Below, piece after piece: positions 15,468 through 24,065 of a stretch of DNA of 31,037 nucleotides. The translations under genes were made by a program, and so were the position numbers. The notes under the pieces are model-generated. The model had not been told where the DNA came from. It worked only from the letters and a program-made list of their open reading frames with translations, and did not search any database. Within the stretch, counting starts at the first letter, position 1. Each line of letters begins with the position of its first letter. This DNA comes from a virus (Duplodnaviria; Heunggongvirae; Uroviricota; Caudoviricetes): the IMG/VR virus record IMGVR_UViG_3300006143_000002; one strand, 5' to 3'.

Positions 15468-18127
15468 TACTTACTCACCTCACTTATATTTTCATAAGCA
15501 TTAAATTCTTGTTCCATATAAAACTCTGTATCCATATCATACCAACCTAAAGAAAATGGTATTGTATATACAGTTAGACTATCAGATGCACCATCTATAT
15601 TTGCTTTTAGTATATTATAACAACTTGTATCAATTCTTCCTGTGTGATTTATATCTGCATTTGTTCTTTGAACACCATCTAATGTTCTAGGATATGAATT
15701 TAATTTATCAAGGTCATCTTGAGTAACTTCTCCATCATTATTCATATCTGCTAATTCTAGTTCATCTGGTGTAAGAGTTTCTTCTCTCTTCAAATATTTT
15801 TCAACCTTATTTGCTAATGTTTTATCTCCTTTATATATTAATAATAATTGATAATCTGCTTCATTTATAACGCCATCTCTATTCACATCAGCCCACTGTA
15901 ATTTTTCATAAGATAAACTAGTGTCAACACCATCTAAATAATCTCTTAATTCTTTCAATGTTATAGGTGTTTCTAATTCCAAATCATTTAGTCCATATAG
16001 ATATTCTCTTAATATAATTAAATCTTTTTCAGTTAATTTACCATCTCTATCTATGTCTCCAAATGTATAAGTTATTTTACTTTTTTGATATTCTTTAACC
16101 ATATCTCTCATTGTTTGAGTATAGTTACCAACATGTAAGAAATCTGTACCAAAATTAGTATATGGATAATATTCTTTTAACATCTCTTGCACAAATGATA
16201 TACTTTCTGAATTAGAATAATTTGTAATTGCCATGCTTAGAAGATAATTAAAGAATTTATTGTGTATTATCCATTCTTTTCCTTGTGCAAATTCTAAAAA
16301 TGGTATTCCTACCTCTCTATCATACCAACCATCTATAATTAAAAGATTACTAACATTATCTAAGTCTTTATAATCACTGGGTACATTGTAAGTATATTCG
16401 TATAATCCCAAACTAATACCTGGATAATTACCATTTAAAAAATCATAAATTGCAACTGCATCGCTAGTTGTTACTTTTCCATCTTTATCTACATCCATTG
16501 CCATTATTTGTCTAGGTGTTGCTTCCCAATGGTATTGAGCAACTTGTTGAGGGTTTCCTTCTGCTGTGTAATAGGCAGCAAGTTTATAATCCTCCATGTC
16601 AATTTTTCCATCAAAATTTATATCTCCAATCTCACCTGTAATAGATTTTTCAACAGTACCAGATAAATCTCCATGATTAGAAGGACATTGAATACATATC
16701 CAATTTGCATCATAAGTATCAGTTTCACTACCACTTGCTTGATATTGATAACTTTCTCCTGGGTTTAAATTTACTTCTACAACATTTTGTAACATTTCTT
16801 TAGTTACATCTTGTTTTAATCTCATTGCAGAACTTCCTATAACAAGTTTTGTGCTTTTAGTATTATTATGAGCAATAGTTATTTTTTGATTAGGTTTACA
16901 TTTATATAATGCAATTTTAAATAATCCAGTGCTATTTTTATGAGGGATATTATCAACACCTGTTCCACCATCTCTAATTGCATAATCATATAGAAAAGAA
17001 CCATCAAATTGATTTATAAATACTAACATATCTTTATTAGGAAAGTAATTTTTTCTACTACTTCTCTTAATAGAAAAGAACACCCTTCCATTTTCTAAAT
17101 AATTTGTTAGCATTTCCATATCTTCTTTATCTACAATACCATCTCTATTTATATCAGCTTTCTTTCTAATCTCAGCAGGATACTTACTTTTTGTATCCAT
17201 CTCTTCTGTATTTTCTTTCCAATATGAAATTGACCTTACCTTACCTTTATTTTGAGATACTATTACAATATCAGAATTATTTATACTATTATCTTTATTT
17301 ATATCAAAAATTATATTAGTATTGTCTACTGTTTCTCCATTATGTGCATACAATAAATTTATATCATCTTGGTCTATAATTCCATCATTATTTACATCCC
17401 CACCAAATATTTCTATATCTTGTACATGAGATATAAATCCTGTTTTTACATATACATCATTCATTTCAGATGTAAGGTAACCATTTGCAGATACTACTAT
17501 TTTATAAGCTCCTGGATTTAAGTCTTTAAATAAATATGAATTATCTGTTAATTCTAATTTAGAGGTAGATACTAATTGATTATATGAATTATACAAGTCT
17601 ACTTCAGCATCCAGTAAATTCCAATTTTGAATATTATCATTTATTATCTTTCCTGATATTCTACCTTTTTGTACTTCATATCCGTTATTATGAAAAATAA
17701 TATCATCTAATATCTGTAAATCTTTACTATCTACATTACCATCACCATTTATATCCATTAAGTCATTTACCCATTCGTGAGCATCGTGTAATTCCCATCC
17801 AACTGATTTACAATATTCTTTTATATCTTCTATATTTTCCATTATGTATTTAGATGCTTCTTCATTTATAGATTTAGAAGTCCAAGTTATAAAATCATCT
17901 TTTAATGTCATTATAAATAATGTTCTGAGTTGAGGAAATCTTTTTAACATTTCTCTTTGAACTTTTGACATAGGTTCAACATTAGGTAGATTTAGATATT
18001 GAATTAATAATTGTTGGTCATCTTTATCAAATTCACCAAGTACCATATTAGTCTGTGGCATTTCACTTGCTAAAAATCTTTTTAGATACCTAACATAAAA
18101 ATTATCCATTCCAAAGTTTATATTCAT
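15467..18127 (-). CDS. Multi-dockerin protein, putative virion adhesin, with an X/CnaB-like module and possible peptidoglycan-binding segments
   Basis: Ten D-x-[ND]-x-[DT]-[GN]-x-[IVL]-x-x-x-D-type loops starting at aa 125, 244, 275, 325, 502, 545, 691, 747, 794 and 825 (last degenerate); first gene of the baseplate unit. Confidence 0.85.
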   Translation of the reverse strand: MNINFGMDNFYVRYLKRFLASEMPQTNMVLGEFDKDDQQLLIQYLNLPNVEPMSKVQREMLKRFPQLRTLFIMTLKDDFITWTSKSINEEASKYIMENIEDIKEYCKSVGWELHDAHEWVNDLMDINGDGNVDSKDLQILDDIIFHNNGYEVQKGRISGKIINDNIQNWNLLDAEVDLYNSYNQLVSTSKLELTDNSYLFKDLNPGAYKIVVSANGYLTSEMNDVYVKTGFISHVQDIEIFGGDVNNDGIIDQDDINLLYAHNGETVDNTNIIFDINKDNSINNSDIVIVSQNKGKVRSISYWKENTEEMDTKSKYPAEIRKKADINRDGIVDKEDMEMLTNYLENGRVFFSIKRSSRKNYFPNKDMLVFINQFDGSFLYDYAIRDGGTGVDNIPHKNSTGLFKIALYKCKPNQKITIAHNNTKSTKLVIGSSAMRLKQDVTKEMLQNVVEVNLNPGESYQYQASGSETDTYDANWICIQCPSNHGDLSGTVEKSITGEIGDINFDGKIDMEDYKLAAYYTAEGNPQQVAQYHWEATPRQIMAMDVDKDGKVTTSDAVAIYDFLNGNYPGISLGLYEYTYNVPSDYKDLDNVSNLLIIDGWYDREVGIPFLEFAQGKEWIIHNKFFNYLLSMAITNYSNSESISFVQEMLKEYYPYTNFGTDFLHVGNYTQTMRDMVKEYQKSKITYTFGDIDRDGKLTEKDLIILREYLYGLNDLELETPITLKELRDYLDGVDTSLSYEKLQWADVNRDGVINEADYQLLLIYKGDKTLANKVEKYLKREETLTPDELELADMNNDGEVTQDDLDKLNSYPRTLDGVQRTNADINHTGRIDTSCYNILKANIDGASDSLTVYTIPFSLGWYDMDTEFYMEQEFNAYENISEVSK

Positions 18128-18166
18128 TAAAAATTCCTCTCCTTCATATTATTATAGGGTATCTGC

Positions 18167-18183
18167 CCTCATTAATATTTTAC
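18167..18183 (-). promoter_or_regulatory. Putative late promoter motif, copy 2
   Basis: Exact GTAAAATATTAATGAGG, 40 bp upstream of the dockerin gene and just after a terminator. Confidence 0.8.
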
Positions 18184-18190
18184 CAAAAAT

Positions 18191-18217
18191 AAAGAAGTCT
18201 AAATTTTAGACTTCTTT
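18191..18217 (-). terminator. Intrinsic terminator after the tape-measure gene
   Basis: AAAGAAGTCTAA / TTAGACTTCTTT inverted repeat followed on the minus strand by ATTTTT. Confidence 0.8.
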
Positions 18218-21200
18218 TAACTAAATTGATTATAAGGTGTAGTCATTGCTCTTGTATTTTGTTCTAATCTTCCAGGCATTATTGCTTGTGCCTGTACCTC
18301 ATCATTTCCTGGCATTTTAGTATATATTGCATTTAGCTTTTCAACTAATACAGTGGTTTGGTCTTGTATTGCTTTTTCTAATCTTGTGCTTTCATTTTTA
18401 GTTTCTCTATATTCATCAACTAAACTTCTTAATTCATTTGCTGTTGAAGCAGTAAGTACAGCTTCTCCTTCATGAAGCATTGCAGGATAGTTATCAAAAG
18501 GAATACTATCTGTACCTACTCTAAATGCAGGAATATTGTCGTTTAGATATTCTTTCCAATCATTATATTTCACACCAGCTGCTTTAGCATCTTCTATTGC
18601 TTTATCTCTTGTAGAATCATTAGTTGCAAAGTTTATAGCTGTAATATATGGAATTAAATTAGGGTCTAATCCACCATATTTAGATATGTCTTTTCCTTTG
18701 CTCTTGGCGTAAGTAGCAAATCCAGTATTCATCATCAAATCTGTTGTATTATCCATTACTGCATTTGATATACCCCACCAAGAACCACCACCTTCAAGAA
18801 CCCATTTCATATCATCATGTCCCCACTTATTCTCTCTGCTGTTCTTTTGGTATCTTTCCATAAATTTCTTTTCATCACCTGTCCAATTAGCAGCACCTTT
18901 ATTATTTAATTGTTGTGCCATATTTGTTATAAGATTTTTAGCAACATCATTATTTTCACTTGTATCATTCTTTTTAAAATCATTTTCAAACCATTCTTTT
19001 ATTGATTTTGCAGATTCATTAGCTTCATCAATTTTATCATTCTTAATTCTTTCTAATAATTCTTGTTCTTCATTTGAAAAATCTCTTGTTGATTGTATGT
19101 ATTGTTCTGTCAATTTTTCCAATTCTTCTCTACTTGCTTTTTGTGCCTTTTGTAAATCTTCATCAGATAACATTCCTGTTTCAATAAGTTTTCTTCTTGC
19201 TTCTTCAACATCTTGGTTAGATTTTAAATTTTCCTTTATCTCTACTAAATGTTCTTCTTTTTGTATTGATTCTTCTTGTAATCTACTTGCAACCTCATTA
19301 AATTCACTTTCTACCTTTTTACCTGCTTTTTCAAAATTATGTGCAGAATCATAAAGTGACCTTCCTAATAATGCAGCACCACCAATAGCTAATGCCACCC
19401 ATCCTACAGGATTTGAAGCACCCAAAGCTATTAAAGAACCAGCACCAACAGCACCACCAACTGCTCCTGTAGCACTCATAGCAGTACCAGCATTAACATC
19501 TCCCTCTTTAAAATCGTTTATCACATCAGAAGTACCTTTAATTGCCATAGCACCACCAGCTAATATACCTGCTCCTCCAGCAATAGCACCACCTGTACTA
19601 GACATAAATCCTAATTTCCCAGCTCCAAAAGCAGTAGTAGAACCTTTAGCAAATCCTTGCTGTAGTCCTGCATTTAGATAAGTACCTGCACCACTTAAAC
19701 CTCCTAATGCTTTACCTCCAGCACCCCCTAATAATTTTCCACCAATACCACTAACTGCTTTTCCAGCAAAATATGTTAGCAATATACTTGCAATACCTTT
19801 GACAGCAGTAGTCAAAACATCAAACCAAACACCACTATCTACTTTCCACATTGCAATTTCAGAAGATAGATTTTCCATTAGTATTGATTGTCTTTGTTCT
19901 AATGTTTGGTTTTTATCATTAGCTAAATCATTTACTGCATCATCACCATATTTATCTAATTCTTCTGGTGTCAAATCTGTTGAATTTGCAAGTTCTCTTC
20001 CAGACAAACCTTTTTTGTTTGAATTATATAAATGTTGTCTATAATTATAATCAATTCCCCATGTACCTGCAATAGTATTAGACATAAACCCATTTGATGT
20101 AGAACCATAACCAGGAGCCATTCCCATTAGTTTCATATCTGTATCTAATGCTATACCAGCAATATTATTAGCATCATTTACATCAAATAAGTTATACCCA
20201 CTATTCATTATATTGGTATATTTTAATATATCGGATGTAGAACCACCAGCTAATTCAGCAGCACCATATTTTTGATATTTAAAAGCTTGTAAAGCATATT
20301 CTGTTGCTGCTTCTTTACTCCAACCTTGTTCTTTTACAAGTTTATTAGTCATTGCAGCCACTTCTGTTGAGCCTTTTGCTAGATTTTCTATTGCTTCATC
20401 AGACATTGGTTTTACTAAATCTATCATAGAGTTTAAAATATCTTTTGTTGCTAAATTATTACCAGCTATTTCTAAATTTGCTTTATTTATTCCTCTAATT
20501 TGTTTTGAGAAATCTCCACCTAATCTTTCATTTAAAAGAATAAAGTTTTCAGATGATATATCAAGGTATGGAACTACTGTATTTGTTATAGCATTTTCAA
20601 CTGCATTTGATAATAGATTTTCCTGACTTACACCAGCACTTGCTAAGCTATTCATTGTATCTTGAATATCACTGGTTCTTATATTATTTTGTAGGTCATA
20701 ACCATTCCAATTCTTTAAGGAATTTCCCATACCACCTATTCCATTACGATATGTACTATATGACATACCTGTCATTATAGATATATTTTGATACTGTTTA
20801 TTTGCATTTCTAGCTATTGTATCAAGACCATCTTTAAATAATCCACTAAATTTATCTACTGCCTTATTAAATGTATCTGCAGCAACTGTTATCAATTTAG
20901 CACTTGTACTAAGTTCACTATATTGTTTTATATTAGATACTTTTCCAAGACCTGGTATATTTATATTGTTTATAGATTGACTTATACTCTCACTACTTTT
21001 ATTTTGCTTTCTTTCTTCTTGTTCTCTTAATCTTTTCTGTTTTTCTAAAGCTTTTACTTTTTCATTTTCAAATACCAATCGTTTCTTTTCTTCATCTGAT
21101 ATTCTTTTTCCACTTAACTCAGCATCTCTAATAGCATCTAATTGAGATTTTTTTGCTTCTAATATATCTTCTTCTATTCCCTGTACAGTACCTAAATTCT

Positions 21201-21585
21201 GTAATCTTCCTAATTCTTTATCATATATTTTATCTAAATCTACTATCTGTTCTTTATCTATTTTAGAAGTTTCTTTTTTTGTTTCTGTTATATTTTTATT
21301 TACTTTTTCTCTTTCTTTTTCTGTATTTAGTAAACCATCTTCTAATTCATTTAGTTTTGTTCTTACTTTTAAAAGTTTCTCTTCAACATCATCTAAATAT
21401 TGAGATGTTTTTAAGCCTTGTTGCTCTAGTTTAGTTCTTAATTCAACTGTTTTATTTATTTTTTCTTGAACATTCTGATATCTATTTGCAGAATCAACTT
21501 GACTATTTTTAAGTTTATTTAATTCCTCTAACAATTTTAATTGTTCTCTAAGTTTATTTAATTCATTATCAAGCTCTTTACTCAT
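18217..21585 (-). CDS. Tail tape-measure protein (1122 aa)
   Basis: N-terminal coiled coil, Gly/Ala-rich hydrophobic centre, C-terminal AFRVGT..IP.D.YPAMLHEGEAVLT motif; start moved to ATG 21585 behind GGAGGG. Confidence 0.85.
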   Translation of the reverse strand: MSKELDNELNKLREQLKLLEELNKLKNSQVDSANRYQNVQEKINKTVELRTKLEQQGLKTSQYLDDVEEKLLKVRTKLNELEDGLLNTEKEREKVNKNITETKKETSKIDKEQIVDLDKIYDKELGRLQNLGTVQGIEEDILEAKKSQLDAIRDAELSGKRISDEEKKRLVFENEKVKALEKQKRLREQEERKQNKSSESISQSINNINIPGLGKVSNIKQYSELSTSAKLITVAADTFNKAVDKFSGLFKDGLDTIARNANKQYQNISIMTGMSYSTYRNGIGGMGNSLKNWNGYDLQNNIRTSDIQDTMNSLASAGVSQENLLSNAVENAITNTVVPYLDISSENFILLNERLGGDFSKQIRGINKANLEIAGNNLATKDILNSMIDLVKPMSDEAIENLAKGSTEVAAMTNKLVKEQGWSKEAATEYALQAFKYQKYGAAELAGGSTSDILKYTNIMNSGYNLFDVNDANNIAGIALDTDMKLMGMAPGYGSTSNGFMSNTIAGTWGIDYNYRQHLYNSNKKGLSGRELANSTDLTPEELDKYGDDAVNDLANDKNQTLEQRQSILMENLSSEIAMWKVDSGVWFDVLTTAVKGIASILLTYFAGKAVSGIGGKLLGGAGGKALGGLSGAGTYLNAGLQQGFAKGSTTAFGAGKLGFMSSTGGAIAGGAGILAGGAMAIKGTSDVINDFKEGDVNAGTAMSATGAVGGAVGAGSLIALGASNPVGWVALAIGGAALLGRSLYDSAHNFEKAGKKVESEFNEVASRLQEESIQKEEHLVEIKENLKSNQDVEEARRKLIETGMLSDEDLQKAQKASREELEKLTEQYIQSTRDFSNEEQELLERIKNDKIDEANESAKSIKEWFENDFKKNDTSENNDVAKNLITNMAQQLNNKGAANWTGDEKKFMERYQKNSRENKWGHDDMKWVLEGGGSWWGISNAVMDNTTDLMMNTGFATYAKSKGKDISKYGGLDPNLIPYITAINFATNDSTRDKAIEDAKAAGVKYNDWKEYLNDNIPAFRVGTDSIPFDNYPAMLHEGEAVLTASTANELRSLVDEYRETKNESTRLEKAIQDQTTVLVEKLNAIYTKMPGNDEVQAQAIMPGRLEQNTRAMTTPYNQFS

Positions 21586-21612
21586 TATAACAATCCCTCC
21601 ATTTAGATTTTC

Positions 21613-21629
21613 CCTCATTAATATTTTAC
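21613..21629 (-). promoter_or_regulatory. Putative late promoter motif, copy 3
   Basis: Exact copy 28 bp upstream of the tape-measure start, back-to-back with a plus-strand promoter. Confidence 0.82.
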
Positions 21630-21656
21630 AGAATTTTAAAAATTTTGAAAAAATAC

Positions 21657-21708
21657 TTGACATATTTTAAAACTTATAGTATAATAAATCTATAATGAGT
21701 AAATAATA
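21657..21708 (+). promoter_or_regulatory. Conserved sigmaA-consensus (putative early) promoter, copy 2
   Basis: TTGACA 21657-21662, spacer identical to copy 1, TATAAT 21680-21685, AGTAAATAATA 21698-21708. Confidence 0.92.
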
Positions 21709-21728
21709 ATCCTAAAGGAGAGATTCAA

Positions 21729-21953
21729 ATGTTAGAAATATTTTATAGAATAATAATGAAAACTAAAGCAGGAAGAAAGTTATATCTAAAATGTACTAAT
21801 ATATTTTCAAATGGTATAATAAAATGTGAATGGGACTTTAGTAGTGAAGATGTAATATGGTTTGAAACAGATACACAAGCAGAAAAATTCTGTGCTATGT
21901 ATTTTAAGAATTTTAAAGATTATGAAATAGAAGAGTTTAAGTATTACATATAG
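21729..21953 (+). CDS. Hypothetical protein
   Basis: 74 aa, AAGGAG RBS, first gene after promoter copy 2. Confidence 0.75.
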   Translation: MLEIFYRIIMKTKAGRKLYLKCTNIFSNGIIKCEWDFSSEDVIWFETDTQAEKFCAMYFKNFKDYEIEEFKYYI

Positions 21954-21970
21954 AAAGGAAGTGAATAATA

Positions 21971-22900
21971 ATGAGAGTTTACAGACCAACACTAACAGAC
22001 CCAAAATACAGAGGGTTATCTCAAGATGAAAAACAAAGACAATGGGAAAGAGATAAGTTACTATATGATAATGTTATTGCAACAGAAAAATTAGCAAAAA
22101 TAGAGGAAGAAAAATATAATAAACAATTAGAAAAAGAATATAATGATTCCAAAGAAGAGTATGATAATTCTATAAGTGATTGTATTCAATCAGAAAAAGA
22201 TTATATATTAGGAACATTTCTTAAAAATGCATCTAATATAGAAATAACAAATTATTTTAACAGAAAAGAAAAAGAAGCTAAAATTAAACTTAATTTAGAA
22301 CAAAAATCAGAACAGGAGAAGGTACAAGATATACAAATAGAATATGCATCTAAAGAAGCATTTAATATTGTACATGATACTTACGAATACTATCGAAATG
22401 CAATAGATATGAATAGGATTATAAAGAATATTGAATACTTACAATCTAAAAATGATTCAAATACTTATAATATTTTTATTACTTGGTTTTGTATAATGGT
22501 ATTTGGTGGTGTATTGTTAGGTGTTTTATCAGCATATACTAATATAGAAGTATTTTTAAATATTTTTATATCTTTTCTAATAATATATCCTATATCAACT
22601 AAAATTATAAAAATGTTTAGAAATCATAAAATAAATAAATTAACAAAACACTCTAATTTTAGTTTTCCACAGTTATATAGTTATAGTAATTATATTAAGA
22701 AAAATGATTTTAACATATCAAAAGAAACATTGAATGGTTATAAAAAATATTGTACTGATGAGATAATGAGATTATATGGATATTGTAAAAATTCTAATAT
22801 AAATAGTGTAAAATTAAATGTGATAAAAAATAATATAATTAAAATAAATAATATTAAAATAAAAGAATTAGATGAAATTGTAAATGAGATGGGACTATAA
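21971..22900 (+). CDS. Membrane protein with two predicted TM helices
   Basis: Charged helical N-terminus; hydrophobic IFITWFCIMVFGGVLLGVLSAY and VFLNIFISFLIIYPI; AAAGGAAGT RBS. Confidence 0.75.
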   Translation: MRVYRPTLTDPKYRGLSQDEKQRQWERDKLLYDNVIATEKLAKIEEEKYNKQLEKEYNDSKEEYDNSISDCIQSEKDYILGTFLKNASNIEITNYFNRKEKEAKIKLNLEQKSEQEKVQDIQIEYASKEAFNIVHDTYEYYRNAIDMNRIIKNIEYLQSKNDSNTYNIFITWFCIMVFGGVLLGVLSAYTNIEVFLNIFISFLIIYPISTKIIKMFRNHKINKLTKHSNFSFPQLYSYSNYIKKNDFNISKETLNGYKKYCTDEIMRLYGYCKNSNINSVKLNVIKNNIIKINNIKIKELDEIVNEMGL

Positions 22901-22928
22901 TAAAGGGTATTTCTACCCTTTATTTTTC
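22899..22928. terminator. Terminator hairpin at a convergent junction
   Basis: AATAAAGGGTA-TTTC-TACCCTTTATT followed by a T-run. Confidence 0.82.
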
Positions 22929-23182
22929 TTTGCTTCCTCAATTTGTTTCTTTCTAATCTCATTTTCTTCTTTTTTAAGTTTAATTAGTTTTCTAACAACA
23001 TATTCAAATTCATATAAGTCCATATCATTACAGTCATTATAAGTAATACCACCTTCTGAAAGTTGACTAACTATTATTTGTTTATCACAAATAACTTCAA
23101 ATTCTGATTTTCTATATTCAAATAATTCTTTATCAATCTCTTTAGATGATGGTTTATAATGAGGGTGAAAATAATTCTCCAG
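22913..23182 (-). CDS. Start-less +1 frame extending the tail chaperone (T4 gp51 / lambda gpT-like part)
   Basis: 90-codon open frame ...HYKPSSKEIDKELFEYRKSEFEVICDKQIIVSQLSEGGITYNDCNDMDLYEFEYVVRKLIKLKKEENEIRKKQIEEAKKNKG*; bounded upstream by TAA 23183-23185; no canonical start or RBS near its 5' end. Confidence 0.75.
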   Translation of the reverse strand: MENYFHPHYKPSSKEIDKELFEYRKSEFEVICDKQIIVSQLSEGGITYNDCNDMDLYEFEYVVRKLIKLKKEENEIRKKQIEEAKKNKG

Positions 23183-23981
23183 TTATTGGTAAACCATGAT
23201 GTACATCTTTTTTACAATTAGGGCATTTACATAGAATATCATCATCTATTCCATATTGTCCATCTAATTTTTTTATACCATCTTTTATTGCTCTTAAATC
23301 AACAATATCAAGATTATCTATAAAATCTTCTAATTCTTCTGTAATCATACTTCCACCATTGACTTTATCTATATAAATTATATCACCTAATTCATATAAT
23401 AATTCACCAACTTCTTCATCAGCATTCATTTTTAAATATTCAATTATATTTTCTCTAAGCATAATTGTATTATTTAAAGAAGGATATTTTAATTTAATTT
23501 TAATTTTAGAAATTGGAAGTATTATATCAAAATTTGGTAGATTTCCTTCTTCTGCATATTTAATCTTTAATTTAGATAAATCAACCTCATCTATAAATTC
23601 TGCTTCACAATGTGGGCAATAGCATCTAACTTTATATATATTATTTAACAAACTTATTCTTCTTAAACAAAATAGTAAGTAATTAACATCAAATAATGTT
23701 AGTTGACCTATATCTATTCCTTCCCCAATAGTACATGCTTGTAATAGGTTTTTTCTAATTTTATCTTCCCCATCATTTCTCAATCTAATTTTATCTTCTT
23801 TTACTGTCATTCTTCTTAAAGTTATAGATTTCATATTTTGATTTGTATAAAACAATCCTTTACTAGGTAATAAAAATGTTTCCTGACTTTTTATATTAGT
23901 TACATTTGGTACTACCTCTTCCTCAAACTCTTTAATCTCTTCTTTTTTATCTTGATTTTGTGTATTCATTAAATCTGCCAT
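23154..23981 (-). CDS. Tail/baseplate-hub assembly chaperone (T4 gp26-like, two CxxC pairs)
   Basis: LPSKG.FY, ITLRRMTVKED, D..YLL..LR..S, CPHC and CPNC, C-terminal LPITGELF; follows the tube gene. Confidence 0.8.
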   Translation of the reverse strand: MADLMNTQNQDKKEEIKEFEEEVVPNVTNIKSQETFLLPSKGLFYTNQNMKSITLRRMTVKEDKIRLRNDGEDKIRKNLLQACTIGEGIDIGQLTLFDVNYLLFCLRRISLLNNIYKVRCYCPHCEAEFIDEVDLSKLKIKYAEEGNLPNFDIILPISKIKIKLKYPSLNNTIMLRENIIEYLKMNADEEVGELLYELGDIIYIDKVNGGSMITEELEDFIDNLDIVDLRAIKDGIKKLDGQYGIDDDILCKCPNCKKDVHHGLPITGELFSPSL

Positions 23982-24005
23982 AAATTCCTACCTCCTATAA
24001 ATTGA

Positions 24006-24047
24006 AAAATATTAATGAGGAATTTTATCTCCTCATTAATATTTTAC
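24006..24047 (-). promoter_or_regulatory. Putative late motif copy 4 (24031-24047) forming a 16-bp hairpin with an inverted near-copy
   Basis: AAAATATTAATGAGGA (24006-24021) / TCCTCATTAATATTTT (24030-24045), between the tube and chaperone genes. Confidence 0.75.
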
Positions 24048-24065
24048 TTTATTTTAATTATTCAA

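Noticed and set aside
21586-21663. 26-aa N-terminal extension of the tape measure in the ORF track
   Set aside because: It runs through the late motif and into the opposite promoter; ATG 21585 has a proper GGAGG RBS.
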